DNA of 64,000 nt from an uncultured Acidobacteriota bacterium. GTDB taxonomy: Bacteria > Acidobacteriota > Terriglobia > UBA7540. The position numbers and the translations under genes are program-made. The number at the start of each line of letters is the position of its first letter. The first letter of the stretch is position 1. Shown piece by piece: positions 49,267 through 58,740 of the stretch. The notes below the pieces were generated by a model. That model made no database searches and was not told the DNA's origin. It saw nothing but the letters and a program-made list of their open reading frames with translations. The DNA lies in NCBI GenBank assembly GCA_963804995.1, contig CAWDSK010000009.1, forward strand, positions 224,001-288,000, in the 5' to 3' direction.

Positions 49267-49690
49267 TGTTCTTCATCTGCTCTGTCCAACCACCGTCGTT
49301 CATGCGGAAGGCTTCAGCGCGGCGGTCGCTCGGGATCTGGTCGAAGCCGGACTCGGTGAGCAGAAGCAAGGTGCCGCCGGCAATCTTCTCCAGCCTGAAT
49401 TCGACGAGGGTGGGCGTCTCTTTTGAGTAATCTATTTTGGGATCGACGGAAAAAGGATGCCAGGTAAAGGAAAACAGCCGTTCGGGCTCCATCTTCTGCA
49501 CGACCGCCTCCCATTTGACGTGCTCATAGCCAGGATAGGTAATGTGGCCGCGCGAGACCTGACCCGGCACGAAGGGGCCGTCCAGTTTCACCCGGAACCA
49601 CTCGCCAAACTCGCGGTAGTCCGTCAGGGCCCGCCAGACCCGTGAAACCGGCGCCTTGAGTTCAATGCGCTTCTCAATTTGATGGTCCAT
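49238..49690 (-). CDS. SRPBCC (AHSA1/START-like) domain protein
   Basis: APVSRVWRALTD, FSFTWHP, TLVEFRL, TESGF and GGW motifs. Confidence 0.9.
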   Translation of the reverse strand: MDHQIEKRIELKAPVSRVWRALTDYREFGEWFRVKLDGPFVPGQVSRGHITYPGYEHVKWEAVVQKMEPERLFSFTWHPFSVDPKIDYSKETPTLVEFRLEKIAGGTLLLLTESGFDQIPSDRRAEAFRMNDGGWTEQMKNIEKHVAQTS

Positions 49691-49695
49691 GATAC

Positions 49696-49754
49696 GCAAC
49701 CTCCCGGTTGCATATTAACACCCCGTAACTCGACATGCAACCCCATGGTTGCAT
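49696..49754. promoter_or_regulatory. Tandem palindromic operator GCAACC-N4-GGTTGC (two copies)
   Basis: Copies at 49696-49711 and 49735-49754, directly upstream of the SRPBCC-ArsR operon. Confidence 0.75.
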
Positions 49755-49897
49755 TTTGTATCGAGGGTAGCGCGCTCCCCCGCTCTTTGGGGTCCGCGGT
49801 TCTTCGTCTGCAAAAACCACAAATCTCAGGCTTAGGCGGCCGCTTCGCCACGCTACATTCGCTCATAGAGTGCAGGAAGAACCGCAGACCTCAACGA

Positions 49898-50045
49898 GAA
49901 GCCGTGAAGAAATCCCTGAACGAGCAAAAGCATCTCGCGCAGAGACGCAGAGGCGCAGAGGCCGAAAGGAACGAAGAAGTTATCTATTTCAAATCTCTGC
50001 GCCTCAGCGGCTCGGCGCGGGATTGTCTATTCTTTTCACAGCTTC
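49898..50045. mobile_element. MITE copy in a REP hairpin loop, with 3-bp duplication (CGA)
   Basis: CGCAGACCTCAACGA[GAAGCCGTGAA...TTCACAGCTTC]CGACGGAGGTCTGCG. Confidence 0.75.
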
Positions 50046-50130
50046 CGACGGAGGTCTGCGTTACACTCGCCCACCCCTGTTACCCGTCCGGGCGGGTAAG
50101 GTATAATCGCGCTCTCAGGGGGAGACTTCC

Positions 50131-51423
50131 ATGGCAACTCGACCTTCTCGCCGCAGCCGGCGGAGTTTTCTGCAAATGGCTGGCGCGGGATCTTGTCTTG
50201 CCAGCGTGGGAATCCCTGGGGCAGCCGCCGGGAGCGCAGCAGGACCATCTATGGACAACATTTACGCGGAATTGGGTGTACGAACTTTGATCAACGGGCG
50301 CGGGGTCGCCACGTTTTATTCCGGCACCCTGATGCCGCCGGAAGTGAAGCAAGCGATGGAGCGGGCGTCCGAGCACTATATTGAAATCGTCGCGTTGCAG
50401 AAAGCCGTGGGTGCGCGCCTGGCTCATTATGCCGGGACGGAGGCCGGGATGGTGTGCAGCGGCTCGGCGGCATGCATCGCTCAGGCCACGGCGGGGTGCG
50501 TTGCCGGGACCGATCCCGACAAAATCAGCCGCCTGCCGGACACGGACGGGATGAAGAATGAAGTGATCATCACGCAACGCAGCGTGTGGGACCGCTCGAT
50601 TGCCCTGGCCGGCGCAAAGCTGGTGGTGGTCGAAAGCCGCCAGGAACTTGAGCGCGCCATCAACACCAACACGGCGATGATGGAGATGGAATATGGCGAC
50701 GAACGGACCGTCAGCGTGAAAGACGCCATTGCCGTCTGCAAGTCGCGGGGCGTGCCTTTCCTGCTGGACGCCGCGGTGGCATGCCCGCCGTTTGAGCGGT
50801 TGCTCGACCTCGGGCGCATGGGGGCGGACCTGTTCTGCGTCAGCGGTGGCAAGGGCCTGTTTGGACCGCAATGCAGCGGAATCCTGTTTGGCCGGAAAGA
50901 TTTGATTGAAGCCGCGCTGCGCAATGGCTCACCCTATGAGGGAGCGCTTTGCCGTCCCATGAAGGTGGGCAAAGAGGAGATCGTCGGCGCCCTGGCGGCG
51001 GTGGAATGGTTGTCGAAGCGCGATTACAAAGCGGATTGCCTGGTGTGGCGGAGCCGCTTGCAGCACATTGTGGATGCGCTGGCCGCGGTCCCCGGAGTGC
51101 GCGCCCAAATCTACACTCGCACTATTGGGAATGAGGTGCCCTATCTGGCCTTGAGTTGGGATGAGCGGGCCTTCAAATTCAGCGGGCAGGATTGCATCGA
51201 CGCCTTGCGGACGGGCGACCCTCAAATTGCGGTCATGGGCGGCACGTTCCGCGAAGTGGTCCAACCCAGCGCCGCCCCGCCATTCAAAGAACTGCAACAC
51301 CCCGGCGAGCCCGACCGGTTGCTCGCCATTGCCTCCAACACCCTACAGGCCGGTGAGGAGAAGATCGTAGCGCGGCGCTTGTTGGAGATACTGGAGCCCG
51401 TAGCGAAGCGGGCCCGTTCCTGA
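50131..51423 (+). CDS. SelA-like PLP-dependent enzyme with Tat signal
   Basis: SRRSFLQ; INGRG, LLDAA, SGGKGLFGPQCSG and MKVGKEE motifs. Confidence 0.85.
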   Translation: MATRPSRRSRRSFLQMAGAGSCLASVGIPGAAAGSAAGPSMDNIYAELGVRTLINGRGVATFYSGTLMPPEVKQAMERASEHYIEIVALQKAVGARLAHYAGTEAGMVCSGSAACIAQATAGCVAGTDPDKISRLPDTDGMKNEVIITQRSVWDRSIALAGAKLVVVESRQELERAINTNTAMMEMEYGDERTVSVKDAIAVCKSRGVPFLLDAAVACPPFERLLDLGRMGADLFCVSGGKGLFGPQCSGILFGRKDLIEAALRNGSPYEGALCRPMKVGKEEIVGALAAVEWLSKRDYKADCLVWRSRLQHIVDALAAVPGVRAQIYTRTIGNEVPYLALSWDERAFKFSGQDCIDALRTGDPQIAVMGGTFREVVQPSAAPPFKELQHPGEPDRLLAIASNTLQAGEEKIVARRLLEILEPVAKRARS

Positions 51424-51452
51424 CGCCTGCTAAAGCGCTGCGCACGCTCTCC

Positions 51453-52424
51453 TCACAGCGGCACCGAGTGCTTCCGGACATAATCCTCCACGTCCGATTC
51501 ATCGGGCGGAATGTAATGGAAGTACTCCGCGTATTCCAGGCCGTGCGCCTGCCCTCTTATGCGGTCGTAAGCCAAAACGAATTCTTTCGTGTATTGACGA
51601 TTGGCGGTTTCATCATCGTCACCGAGCAGGGGCAGCTTGCGGCCCTGCGCTGCGAGCTTTTTGCGTAACTGCGCCCCGGTGTTGCCCGCGGGGCCTTGCG
51701 TGACATTCGCCAGGTTGGCGTAAACCTTCTGATCGATGTAGGCGCTGATGTCGACCACGCGGTTTACCAGTTGCGGCCCCCGCGCGAAGTAGTATTTCTC
51801 CTGCGGATGGTGCGGCGTGAGCCCCGCCTTGAAGTGCTCGGGATAATCCCATTCGGAGCCAGCCATCCAGCAGGCCGTCTCAACGGCTTGAGCGGTGACG
51901 GTGTGATCAGGATTCCTTTCGTACAAAACCGAAGGGTCGTAGACCAGAACCGTATCGACCTTCAGGAGGCGGAAGAGAAAGATCAAGCGCGCGCGGATTT
52001 CCAGAATCGACCAGCCGTCCATGTTGTGGTTGGGATAGTTTAGGAAGTAGGTTTCTGTAATTCCCAGGCGACGAGCCATCTCCTTCGTATCGCGCTCGTT
52101 TTTGAAAACGATATCGCCAATCGACGAGCCCTCACCCGCCATCGAATCATTGGACATGGTTATCAGCACGCCGCGGTAGCCCTCCGCCAGAAGCTTCAGC
52201 ACCGTGCCACCGGCGAAGATGGGAATATCATCGCAATGCGGCTGGATTGCCGCCAGAACCTTACCCTTGTGAGGTTGCCCGGGCCGCGGGCGTTCAATTG
52301 TGACGTCGACCGTGAACGAGGTGCCCGCCGTGCCGTTCGCCTGGAGCTCGCGTTGCACCTGCCCAGGGCCCGCGGTCAGAATCCCTGCTGAGACTGAACT
52401 GCCAAGGAACTCTCTTCGTCGCAT
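51453..52424 (-). CDS. PIG-L family deacetylase with Tat signal
   Basis: RRREFLG; AIQPHCDD and NPDH motifs. Confidence 0.85.
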   Translation of the reverse strand: MRRREFLGSSVSAGILTAGPGQVQRELQANGTAGTSFTVDVTIERPRPGQPHKGKVLAAIQPHCDDIPIFAGGTVLKLLAEGYRGVLITMSNDSMAGEGSSIGDIVFKNERDTKEMARRLGITETYFLNYPNHNMDGWSILEIRARLIFLFRLLKVDTVLVYDPSVLYERNPDHTVTAQAVETACWMAGSEWDYPEHFKAGLTPHHPQEKYYFARGPQLVNRVVDISAYIDQKVYANLANVTQGPAGNTGAQLRKKLAAQGRKLPLLGDDDETANRQYTKEFVLAYDRIRGQAHGLEYAEYFHYIPPDESDVEDYVRKHSVPL

Positions 52425-52485
52425 CTTATCTGCCTCCTAAGAACAGTTATTCCAACCTGTAAATGGAGTGATTCGAAGTCAACCC

Positions 52486-53766
52486 TCAGGCGCCAAACTG
52501 GCGGCGCACGGCGTCGAGATAACTGTAGCCGTAGAGCCCGTCAGGCAACAGGTAGTGGTCTTCCGTCCACTCGTTCCAGGCGGAGAGGAAGATCACCGGA
52601 GGCTTGGTGCGCTGGGCGGCCGCGAAATATTTTGCGGCGAGCAGTTGCAGCTCAAACTGGTCGGGGGATCGATGCACCAGGATGTGCGCGTTGCGGCCGT
52701 AACGCGGGGTGTTGTTCCACCCCACAGGACAATCCGGAAAATAGGGTAGGTTCACTTGGGGTGCCGTGGCCTTCCAGAGTTTGATGCTTTCCTCGACGGC
52801 CTCCGCGTACTCGGTGGTCTTTCCCGGCGGCCCACCTCCGCAGGTGTGATAGTGCGTGGCGCTGTCAAATCCGGACTCCCGCAGGGGCGTCTTCCCCGCG
52901 TTGTAGGCGTGGCTTGCCTGGATGTGAAGCCCCTTCAAGCCTGCCTTCACGGCGCGGTTGCGCATCCGGTCGAAGATGGCGCGCAGTTTTTCCACGCCAA
53001 AATGCTTCAGGATTCCTCCGGTGCCGTCGATATTGAAAATGGCGAAAACCGGCATATCGTTTATGCGCCAGTAGTTCGGTTCGCGCAGGTAATGCTCAAG
53101 CAGATAATCCGTAAGGCGGTCTATATCCGCTTCGCTATAGGTCTGCGGAAAGATAATCGCCTCCTCACCCTTGAGGGGCGCGGGGTAGTTGTTGGGCCAA
53201 TTATGGTTCGCCCACATCACGGCGAACTTCAGCTTTTGCCGGTTCGCGGCGCGGAGAAAGCCTTGCTCCAGTTGCTCATGGTAAAACATGGTGCCTTCGT
53301 GCCAATACCAGTCAATCATAAAAGCGGTGATGCCGGAATCCGCGGCCAGGTCGATTTCGCGCGCCGCCCAGGTGGGATCGGCCTCGTTGAAAGAAGCCGG
53401 GTCGGAGGAATCGTACATGCCCCAGAGCGGCTGCTTGGGCTGAATCTCCCCGTCGAACCAGGGCGTCGCGTGCCGCACGGCTTCGAATTCAGTCCAACCC
53501 TTACCGAAACGCTGTTCCATCCAGGGGCTGGGATGCCAACTCGGGAAGTTGTAGACCACCGCTTCAAACGGAATACCCGCGAGCGGCACGGAAGTGTCCA
53601 CCAGACCTTCCATTTTCTGCCGGGTAAAGTAGGCGACGCCGGGGGGCACCAATGGCCAGGTAGTCGGCGCGGCCGGGACGGTGGTCGCGGCGGCTTCGCC
53701 ACGGGCAGGAAGATTCAGCGCCGCCGCAGAAAGCGGGATGGCGCCTAAAAAAGTCCTTCGATCCAT
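52486..53766 (-). CDS. GH99-like/WbsX-family glycan-active protein with Tat signal
   Basis: DRRTFLG; DWYW, MWANH, VGWNNTPR and AWNEWTE motifs. Confidence 0.8.
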   Translation of the reverse strand: MDRRTFLGAIPLSAAALNLPARGEAAATTVPAAPTTWPLVPPGVAYFTRQKMEGLVDTSVPLAGIPFEAVVYNFPSWHPSPWMEQRFGKGWTEFEAVRHATPWFDGEIQPKQPLWGMYDSSDPASFNEADPTWAAREIDLAADSGITAFMIDWYWHEGTMFYHEQLEQGFLRAANRQKLKFAVMWANHNWPNNYPAPLKGEEAIIFPQTYSEADIDRLTDYLLEHYLREPNYWRINDMPVFAIFNIDGTGGILKHFGVEKLRAIFDRMRNRAVKAGLKGLHIQASHAYNAGKTPLRESGFDSATHYHTCGGGPPGKTTEYAEAVEESIKLWKATAPQVNLPYFPDCPVGWNNTPRYGRNAHILVHRSPDQFELQLLAAKYFAAAQRTKPPVIFLSAWNEWTEDHYLLPDGLYGYSYLDAVRRQFGA

Positions 53767-53974
53767 GAGTTCCTCCGCAAGATGATCATTTGAGCATGGC
53801 CGGGAATCGTACTCCATATTCTCTCAGTCCGCGCGAAAGAATATTCTGAAGGCAAACTCTGGTACAATCCCGGGAACCTAATGGAAGTGAAATTAAAGCC
53901 GCCGCTGGAATCTCCCCAGGCGCCCCCCGTAAAAGCCTTGGCCTCGTAAGGGAGCGTCAGAAAAAGGAGCAAGC

Positions 53975-55999
53975 ATGTTCAACTCGACGCATGGCCCTAC
54001 ACTCCAATCGAAGGCGCGCAGAAGTGTACCTTGTTACACGTTTCTGCTGGCGCTCCTGACGACCGCGGCGCTCCAGTTCTCGGGCTGTGGGAAGTCGTCT
54101 GCCGAACCCTCACTCTCGAATTCCGCCCGCGAAGCCCTACCGCAAACTACCGGCAGGTCTGCGTTCACGGTGGATCGCGAGGCTGGGCAACGGGCTTACG
54201 ACCCTGACTTTCTGAAGGCTCTCTCCGGTTCGTCTTCGGCCGTTTCTCCAAAACGTCCTCCCGTCGGGAAAAGGGTCGTCAAAGCGGAGGGATACGAAAT
54301 CACCCTCAACATCTCGCATCAAGTGCTGCTCTTGAATGTGCCGGAGGTCCGGGAATTCGCTTCGAGTGGTAGCGCTGGTCAAAGTGGGCCACCCTTATCG
54401 CCATCCTTTGCGGATTTAGGCCTGAACGCCTCCAGCTTTGCCCCGGTGGCGGCGCTGGCTCTCAAGGCCAAGCAATTTGACGACGGGCTCTACGCGGCCG
54501 TGGAGATCGCCTCCGACGCGGGGCTGAATCATTTCCCTGACCGCGAGCACTTTCTCCTGGACCTGCTAAAGGCCCTGGAGAGCGACAGCAACCAGAAGGC
54601 GAAAGTCCTCTTGACGGCCGCCGCACGGCTGGGTGGCCAGCAACCGCAGGCTCCCGCCGACGTGGCCAGCCAAGCCGAAAAGCTCCAGCAAGATTTCCTG
54701 AGCGACGAGCTGAACGCGAAGGTTCTGGGCTTCTACACCTGGAGCAACCAGTTGGCGCAAATCTTTCAGCGCGACCGCATGCTCCAAACCCAAATCGACG
54801 CGCAGACGGCCCGCAGCTACGCCGAGGCGCTGGCGCACAATGATCAGCTTCTCAAGGACTACGTGACGAGCCTGAGCCTGATGGAAAAGTTAACCAACGC
54901 GCTCTCCTGGGCCGACCTCCGTCAGATGGCTGGGGCGCTGAAGGAAGGGCGGACTCCCTCCTTCCCCAAGCCCGTATCCCTGTTTCCACCTTCCCGGGCT
55001 GCAGAGACCGACCTCGCCAAAAAACTCTTAGGACAACAACCGATCCCGGACGGGTTCAACCTCGCCGATGAGATGGTCAATCGTCTGCGCGCTGGAACTC
55101 TGGACCTCAAACCCAGGCCCAACTCCGGTTGGTATGATTACGAGTCGTACGCGCTGCAACCCTTGGCCGTCCCCGACAAGACGCCGGAGGCTCAGCACCT
55201 CACTTTTGATGAAAGCTATCGCAAGGAGCTTGTGGCGTTATTCAAGGCTGGGCTCGCTTTGACGCGCGAGACGCACATCAAGCAACTTGAGAGGCCGGAG
55301 TTGGCCACGATGGCCGCGCCCCGCGTCCAGATCCCGGAGGTTTATGTTTCACCCGATCTGACCTTGGAGCCTACGGCCACCTACTACCTGCGCCGTGCCC
55401 GCTCTTATCGCTTTGTGCATGAGGTTGTCCAGCAAACCTTCGGCCGGACGGGGCTCACCCAGATGCGGCGCCTTACCGCAGCGGGGCCGGTTAACCTCTC
55501 GCTGGATGTGGAGCTTGGCCTGATGGAGTCGCTGTTCTATGGCGCCTACCTGCGTTCGTGCGATGAAATCGGAATGACGCCTGAAACCGCCGCGGATCTC
55601 GGAAACCTCCAGGCCGAGAATACTGACCGCGCTCTCCTGACAGCGTGGTTGGCCTCGGTCAGCAAGGACCCCGACCTTGGAAAAGACTTCCGGATGATGG
55701 TTCCACTCTTCTTCGACGCGATTCGCGGAAAGACCAAAGTCTGGGTGGTTCTCGGAATCTCCACTGAACCCCTAAGAGTGTCTTACTCCCAAGAGCCGAC
55801 CATCGAGGGGATTAGGGACGCCGACGGCAAGCGCGTCAACCTCGACCAAGTGATCGTAAAGTTTGATTCCGAAAATCAGAGAATTGCTCGCATCGCCTCG
55901 GCTGAGGTTTACGTCGGGCACCTGCTCAACCGAACTGAGTTTCGCAAGCTCTGCGACCAACAAAAAACCTACGAGGCCATCCTCAAAAACCTGAAGTAA
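53975..55999 (+). CDS. Large hypothetical lipoprotein
   Basis: 674-aa ORF; AGGAG RBS; lipobox-like FSGC. Confidence 0.75.
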   Translation: MFNSTHGPTLQSKARRSVPCYTFLLALLTTAALQFSGCGKSSAEPSLSNSAREALPQTTGRSAFTVDREAGQRAYDPDFLKALSGSSSAVSPKRPPVGKRVVKAEGYEITLNISHQVLLLNVPEVREFASSGSAGQSGPPLSPSFADLGLNASSFAPVAALALKAKQFDDGLYAAVEIASDAGLNHFPDREHFLLDLLKALESDSNQKAKVLLTAAARLGGQQPQAPADVASQAEKLQQDFLSDELNAKVLGFYTWSNQLAQIFQRDRMLQTQIDAQTARSYAEALAHNDQLLKDYVTSLSLMEKLTNALSWADLRQMAGALKEGRTPSFPKPVSLFPPSRAAETDLAKKLLGQQPIPDGFNLADEMVNRLRAGTLDLKPRPNSGWYDYESYALQPLAVPDKTPEAQHLTFDESYRKELVALFKAGLALTRETHIKQLERPELATMAAPRVQIPEVYVSPDLTLEPTATYYLRRARSYRFVHEVVQQTFGRTGLTQMRRLTAAGPVNLSLDVELGLMESLFYGAYLRSCDEIGMTPETAADLGNLQAENTDRALLTAWLASVSKDPDLGKDFRMMVPLFFDAIRGKTKVWVVLGISTEPLRVSYSQEPTIEGIRDADGKRVNLDQVIVKFDSENQRIARIASAEVYVGHLLNRTEFRKLCDQQKTYEAILKNLK

Positions 56000-56141
56000 C
56001 TTCAATTGAGTTCTGCAGGAATAGGGACCCCTCAACCCGCCTTGGAGGGGGCAAGGAGGGCTAAGCGAGTTCCTGTTGCATCTCGGCCCGGCTTCCCTTA
56101 CCATCGCCGTGGGCTCCAAATTCAAAAAGGCAGGTATCACC

Positions 56142-57298
56142 ATGAGCAGGACCATTAACCGCCGGGAGTTTATCCAGGGCCTAGGGGTTGCAGCAGCGGG
56201 ATTCTATCTCGCTCCATCCGGGCTGTTGGCGAGCACGGCGCCCACGGCGCCCGTGGCAGTTGCCAGGTGCACCACCTACGGGCCACAAGTCATGACCACG
56301 CTGGCCGGGATGTTCGACCAGTTGGGTGGCATTGAGAAGCTGGTGCGGGGCAAGACCGTGGCCGTGAAGATCAACGTCACGGGAAGCCCGCCGGAGTTTT
56401 TCCACGGCCTGCCGCTGGGGCAGACCTATTGGGTCCATCCCCAGGTCGTGGGCTCTGTGGTTCACCTCCTGGGGAAGGCGGGAGCGCGCCGGATCCGGCT
56501 GGTCGAAAGCCCTACCAGGTCGACGCTAGCGACGCTTCAGGAATTTCTGGCGTCCGCCAAGTGGAATCCCAGTGATTTTTCCAGCGCCGCGCCTGCCGTG
56601 GAGTTTGAGAACACCAACTTCGCGGGGCCCACAGGAAAATACGCGCGCTTGTGGGTACCGGGCGGCGGCTTGCTGTTCAAGGCTTACGATGTGAACCACT
56701 CCTATGAGGATTGCGACGTTTATGTTTCAGTCGCCAAACTCAAAGAGCACTCTACCGCCGGCGTAACCTTGTCGATGAAAAACAGCTTTGGAGTTCCGCC
56801 CACCACGATCTATGGAAATGGGGCGGGCCTGGACGAGCCCAGCAAAATTCCACAGGGGGCGCGCTCTGGCACTCTGCATGAGGGTAAACGTCAACCGCCC
56901 AAGAGTTCTCTGGCTGAAAATGATCCGCACTCGCCGCGCGACCCCGGCTACCGCGTGCCGCGCGTAACGGCTGACCTAGCGGCGGCCCGGCCCATTCATC
57001 TGGCGGTATCGATGGCATTGAAACCGCGGCGGGCGGTGAGGGCCCCTGGGTCAAGAACTTTCGCACGGTTCGCGCCGGCCTGCTGATTGCCGGCACCAAT
57101 TGCGTCACGACCGACGCTGTATGCACGGCCTTGATGGGCTTTGACCCCATGGCCGACCGCGGCACGGCTCCGTTCGAAACCTGCGACAGCACGCTGAAGC
57201 TGGCGGAGCAATTGGGGCTTGGCACGCGCGACTTGAGGCGAATTGAAGTTCGCGGCCTGCCGATCGCGAAAGGCATGGTGAACTTCCGGGCCGCTTAG
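56142..57298 (+). CDS. DUF362 domain protein with Tat signal (apparent 1-nt deletion at about 57008)
   Basis: NRREFI; VAVKIN, KLKEH and TLSMKN motifs; (I)DGIET..GGEGPW..DAV continues in another frame. Confidence 0.8.
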
Positions 57299-57419
57299 CA
57301 GGCTGTTGAAAAACCCTCACGGTGCGACGTAGCGGCGGGTTTACCCCGCCACATCACCAATGATTTCAACAGCGGATGGCGGGGTAAACCCGCCGCTACG
57401 TCGTTTTTAATCAGCCTGC
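57298..57419. mobile_element. MITE with IS-like TIRs enclosing a GTAG REP doublet
   Basis: GCAGGCTGTTGAAAAA...TTTTTAATCAGCCTGC around GTAGCGGCGGGTTTACCCCGCC/GGCGGGGTAAACCCGCCGCTAC. The same REP occurs at 58596-58644. Confidence 0.75.
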
Positions 57420-57483
57420 CTAGACGGAGAAAACGTCGCTGCCTGGGCGGGCGAGTGGGTTGCATTGCCCTGCTCTCCTCCTT

Positions 57484-57648
57484 ATGATTTCCGGGGTGAT
57501 GCGGCGCCTGCGCGGTGTCAATTTCGATGGCGTCGTAATCCCGGATCACATTCCGGATATCCTGGAAGGCCCGCGCGCCGGCACCGCCTACTGTATCGGT
57601 TACATGAAAGCCCTAATGCGGCGGGCCAATGCCGAGTTCTCGGCGTGA
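57484..57648 (+). pseudogene. C-terminal remnant of a mannonate dehydratase-like gene
   Basis: FDGVVIPDHIP...AYCIGYMKAL parallels the C-terminus of 43691-44809. Confidence 0.65.
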
Positions 57649-57741
57649 GTTTAGGCGTGATTTCAGAAGTGCTGACCTAAAGGTCAGCGCTACGACGCCT
57701 GGTGTCCCGACCAGCTCGGGACGCTACAACGGCATGTGCTT

Positions 57742-58389
57742 TCAGAAGTCTTCGCTGGGGGGAGCGGAATCAGCGTGCGGCGCGGAAAGGTGCGAGGTGT
57801 CGTTCAATAACATCAGGCGCCAGCCTTCTCCCGTGTGCTGGAAAATGTTCACCGCGGCATTTTCGACGGCCACGCGCCGGCGATATTCCGAAAGCGGCAC
57901 GCCCAGAATGTAGCAGGCAAGTAAGCGGCTAAGCGTTTTGTGGCAGACCACCAGCACGTTCCCTTGCTCGTGGCGCAAGGCCAGGTCAGCCAGAAAGGGC
58001 GCCGCGCGCTCCACAAGCTGCTCGCCGCTTTCCCCCTCAGGCGGCGCCAGGCGCCCGGGATCAGCAACCCAGGCATGATAGGCCGCAGGATCCGCCTGCC
58101 GGATCTCCTCAAACGTCTTCCCTTCCCACGTACCGTAGTTCAGTTCCGCCAGGCGGTCGTCAACGACGGGAACGAGTCCCGTGGCCTCGCCGATGATGCG
58201 CGCGGTATCAAGGGCGCGCCGCAAAGGGCTGGAATACATGACCTCAAAAGGAATGGACTTCAAGCGGCGGGCGAGCAGCCGGGCCTGCCGCCGGCCGGCG
58301 CCGGAAAGCAGAACATCCGTGCGCCCGCAGACGCGGCCCTCCAGGTTCCACTCGGTTTCACCGTGCCGGACGAAATAGAAGAGCGCCAT
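57742..58389 (-). CDS. Histidine phosphatase (phosphoglycerate mutase/CobC-like)
   Basis: RHGETEWN, SSPLRRA, ELNYGTWEG and LVVCH motifs. Confidence 0.92.
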   Translation of the reverse strand: MALFYFVRHGETEWNLEGRVCGRTDVLLSGAGRRQARLLARRLKSIPFEVMYSSPLRRALDTARIIGEATGLVPVVDDRLAELNYGTWEGKTFEEIRQADPAAYHAWVADPGRLAPPEGESGEQLVERAAPFLADLALRHEQGNVLVVCHKTLSRLLACYILGVPLSEYRRRVAVENAAVNIFQHTGEGWRLMLLNDTSHLSAPHADSAPPSEDF

Positions 58390-58740
58390 GTTATTAATTT
58401 TGGATTTTAGATTTTGGATTTTGGATTCTAGACCGTGCGCGGCCGATCTGTCCTCCCAGCGAACCCAAGAGAGATACCTCACACCACCTGTTTATGTTCC
58501 GCACGCAACGATTCTAGCATTGCTGGGGGCGCGATGATCACCCCCGGCGGAAAATGCCGATGGCCAATTTTTAGCTAATGGTACAGGTTGATGTTATAGC
58601 GGCGAGTTTACCTCGCCAAATGGCGGGGTAAACCCGCCGCTACGTCAAACTGAACCACTCCCAATCTTTGCCTTTCCTTCCCGAGAGGCTATAGAATGCG
58701 TGAAGCGAAAATTGACCGGGTTTCTTTTCCGGAGTTACTC

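Noticed and set aside
50131..51423. Calling this gene selA (selenocysteine synthase)
   Set aside because: Tat leader, and no selB/selC/selD nearby; it is a SelA-like homolog only.
58398..58428. Heptamer tandem tracts (TTTTGGA; also about 27630, 32660 and 63460) as coding N-terminal extensions
   Set aside because: Simple intergenic repeats; translated extensions such as SKIQNLKSKI are artefacts.
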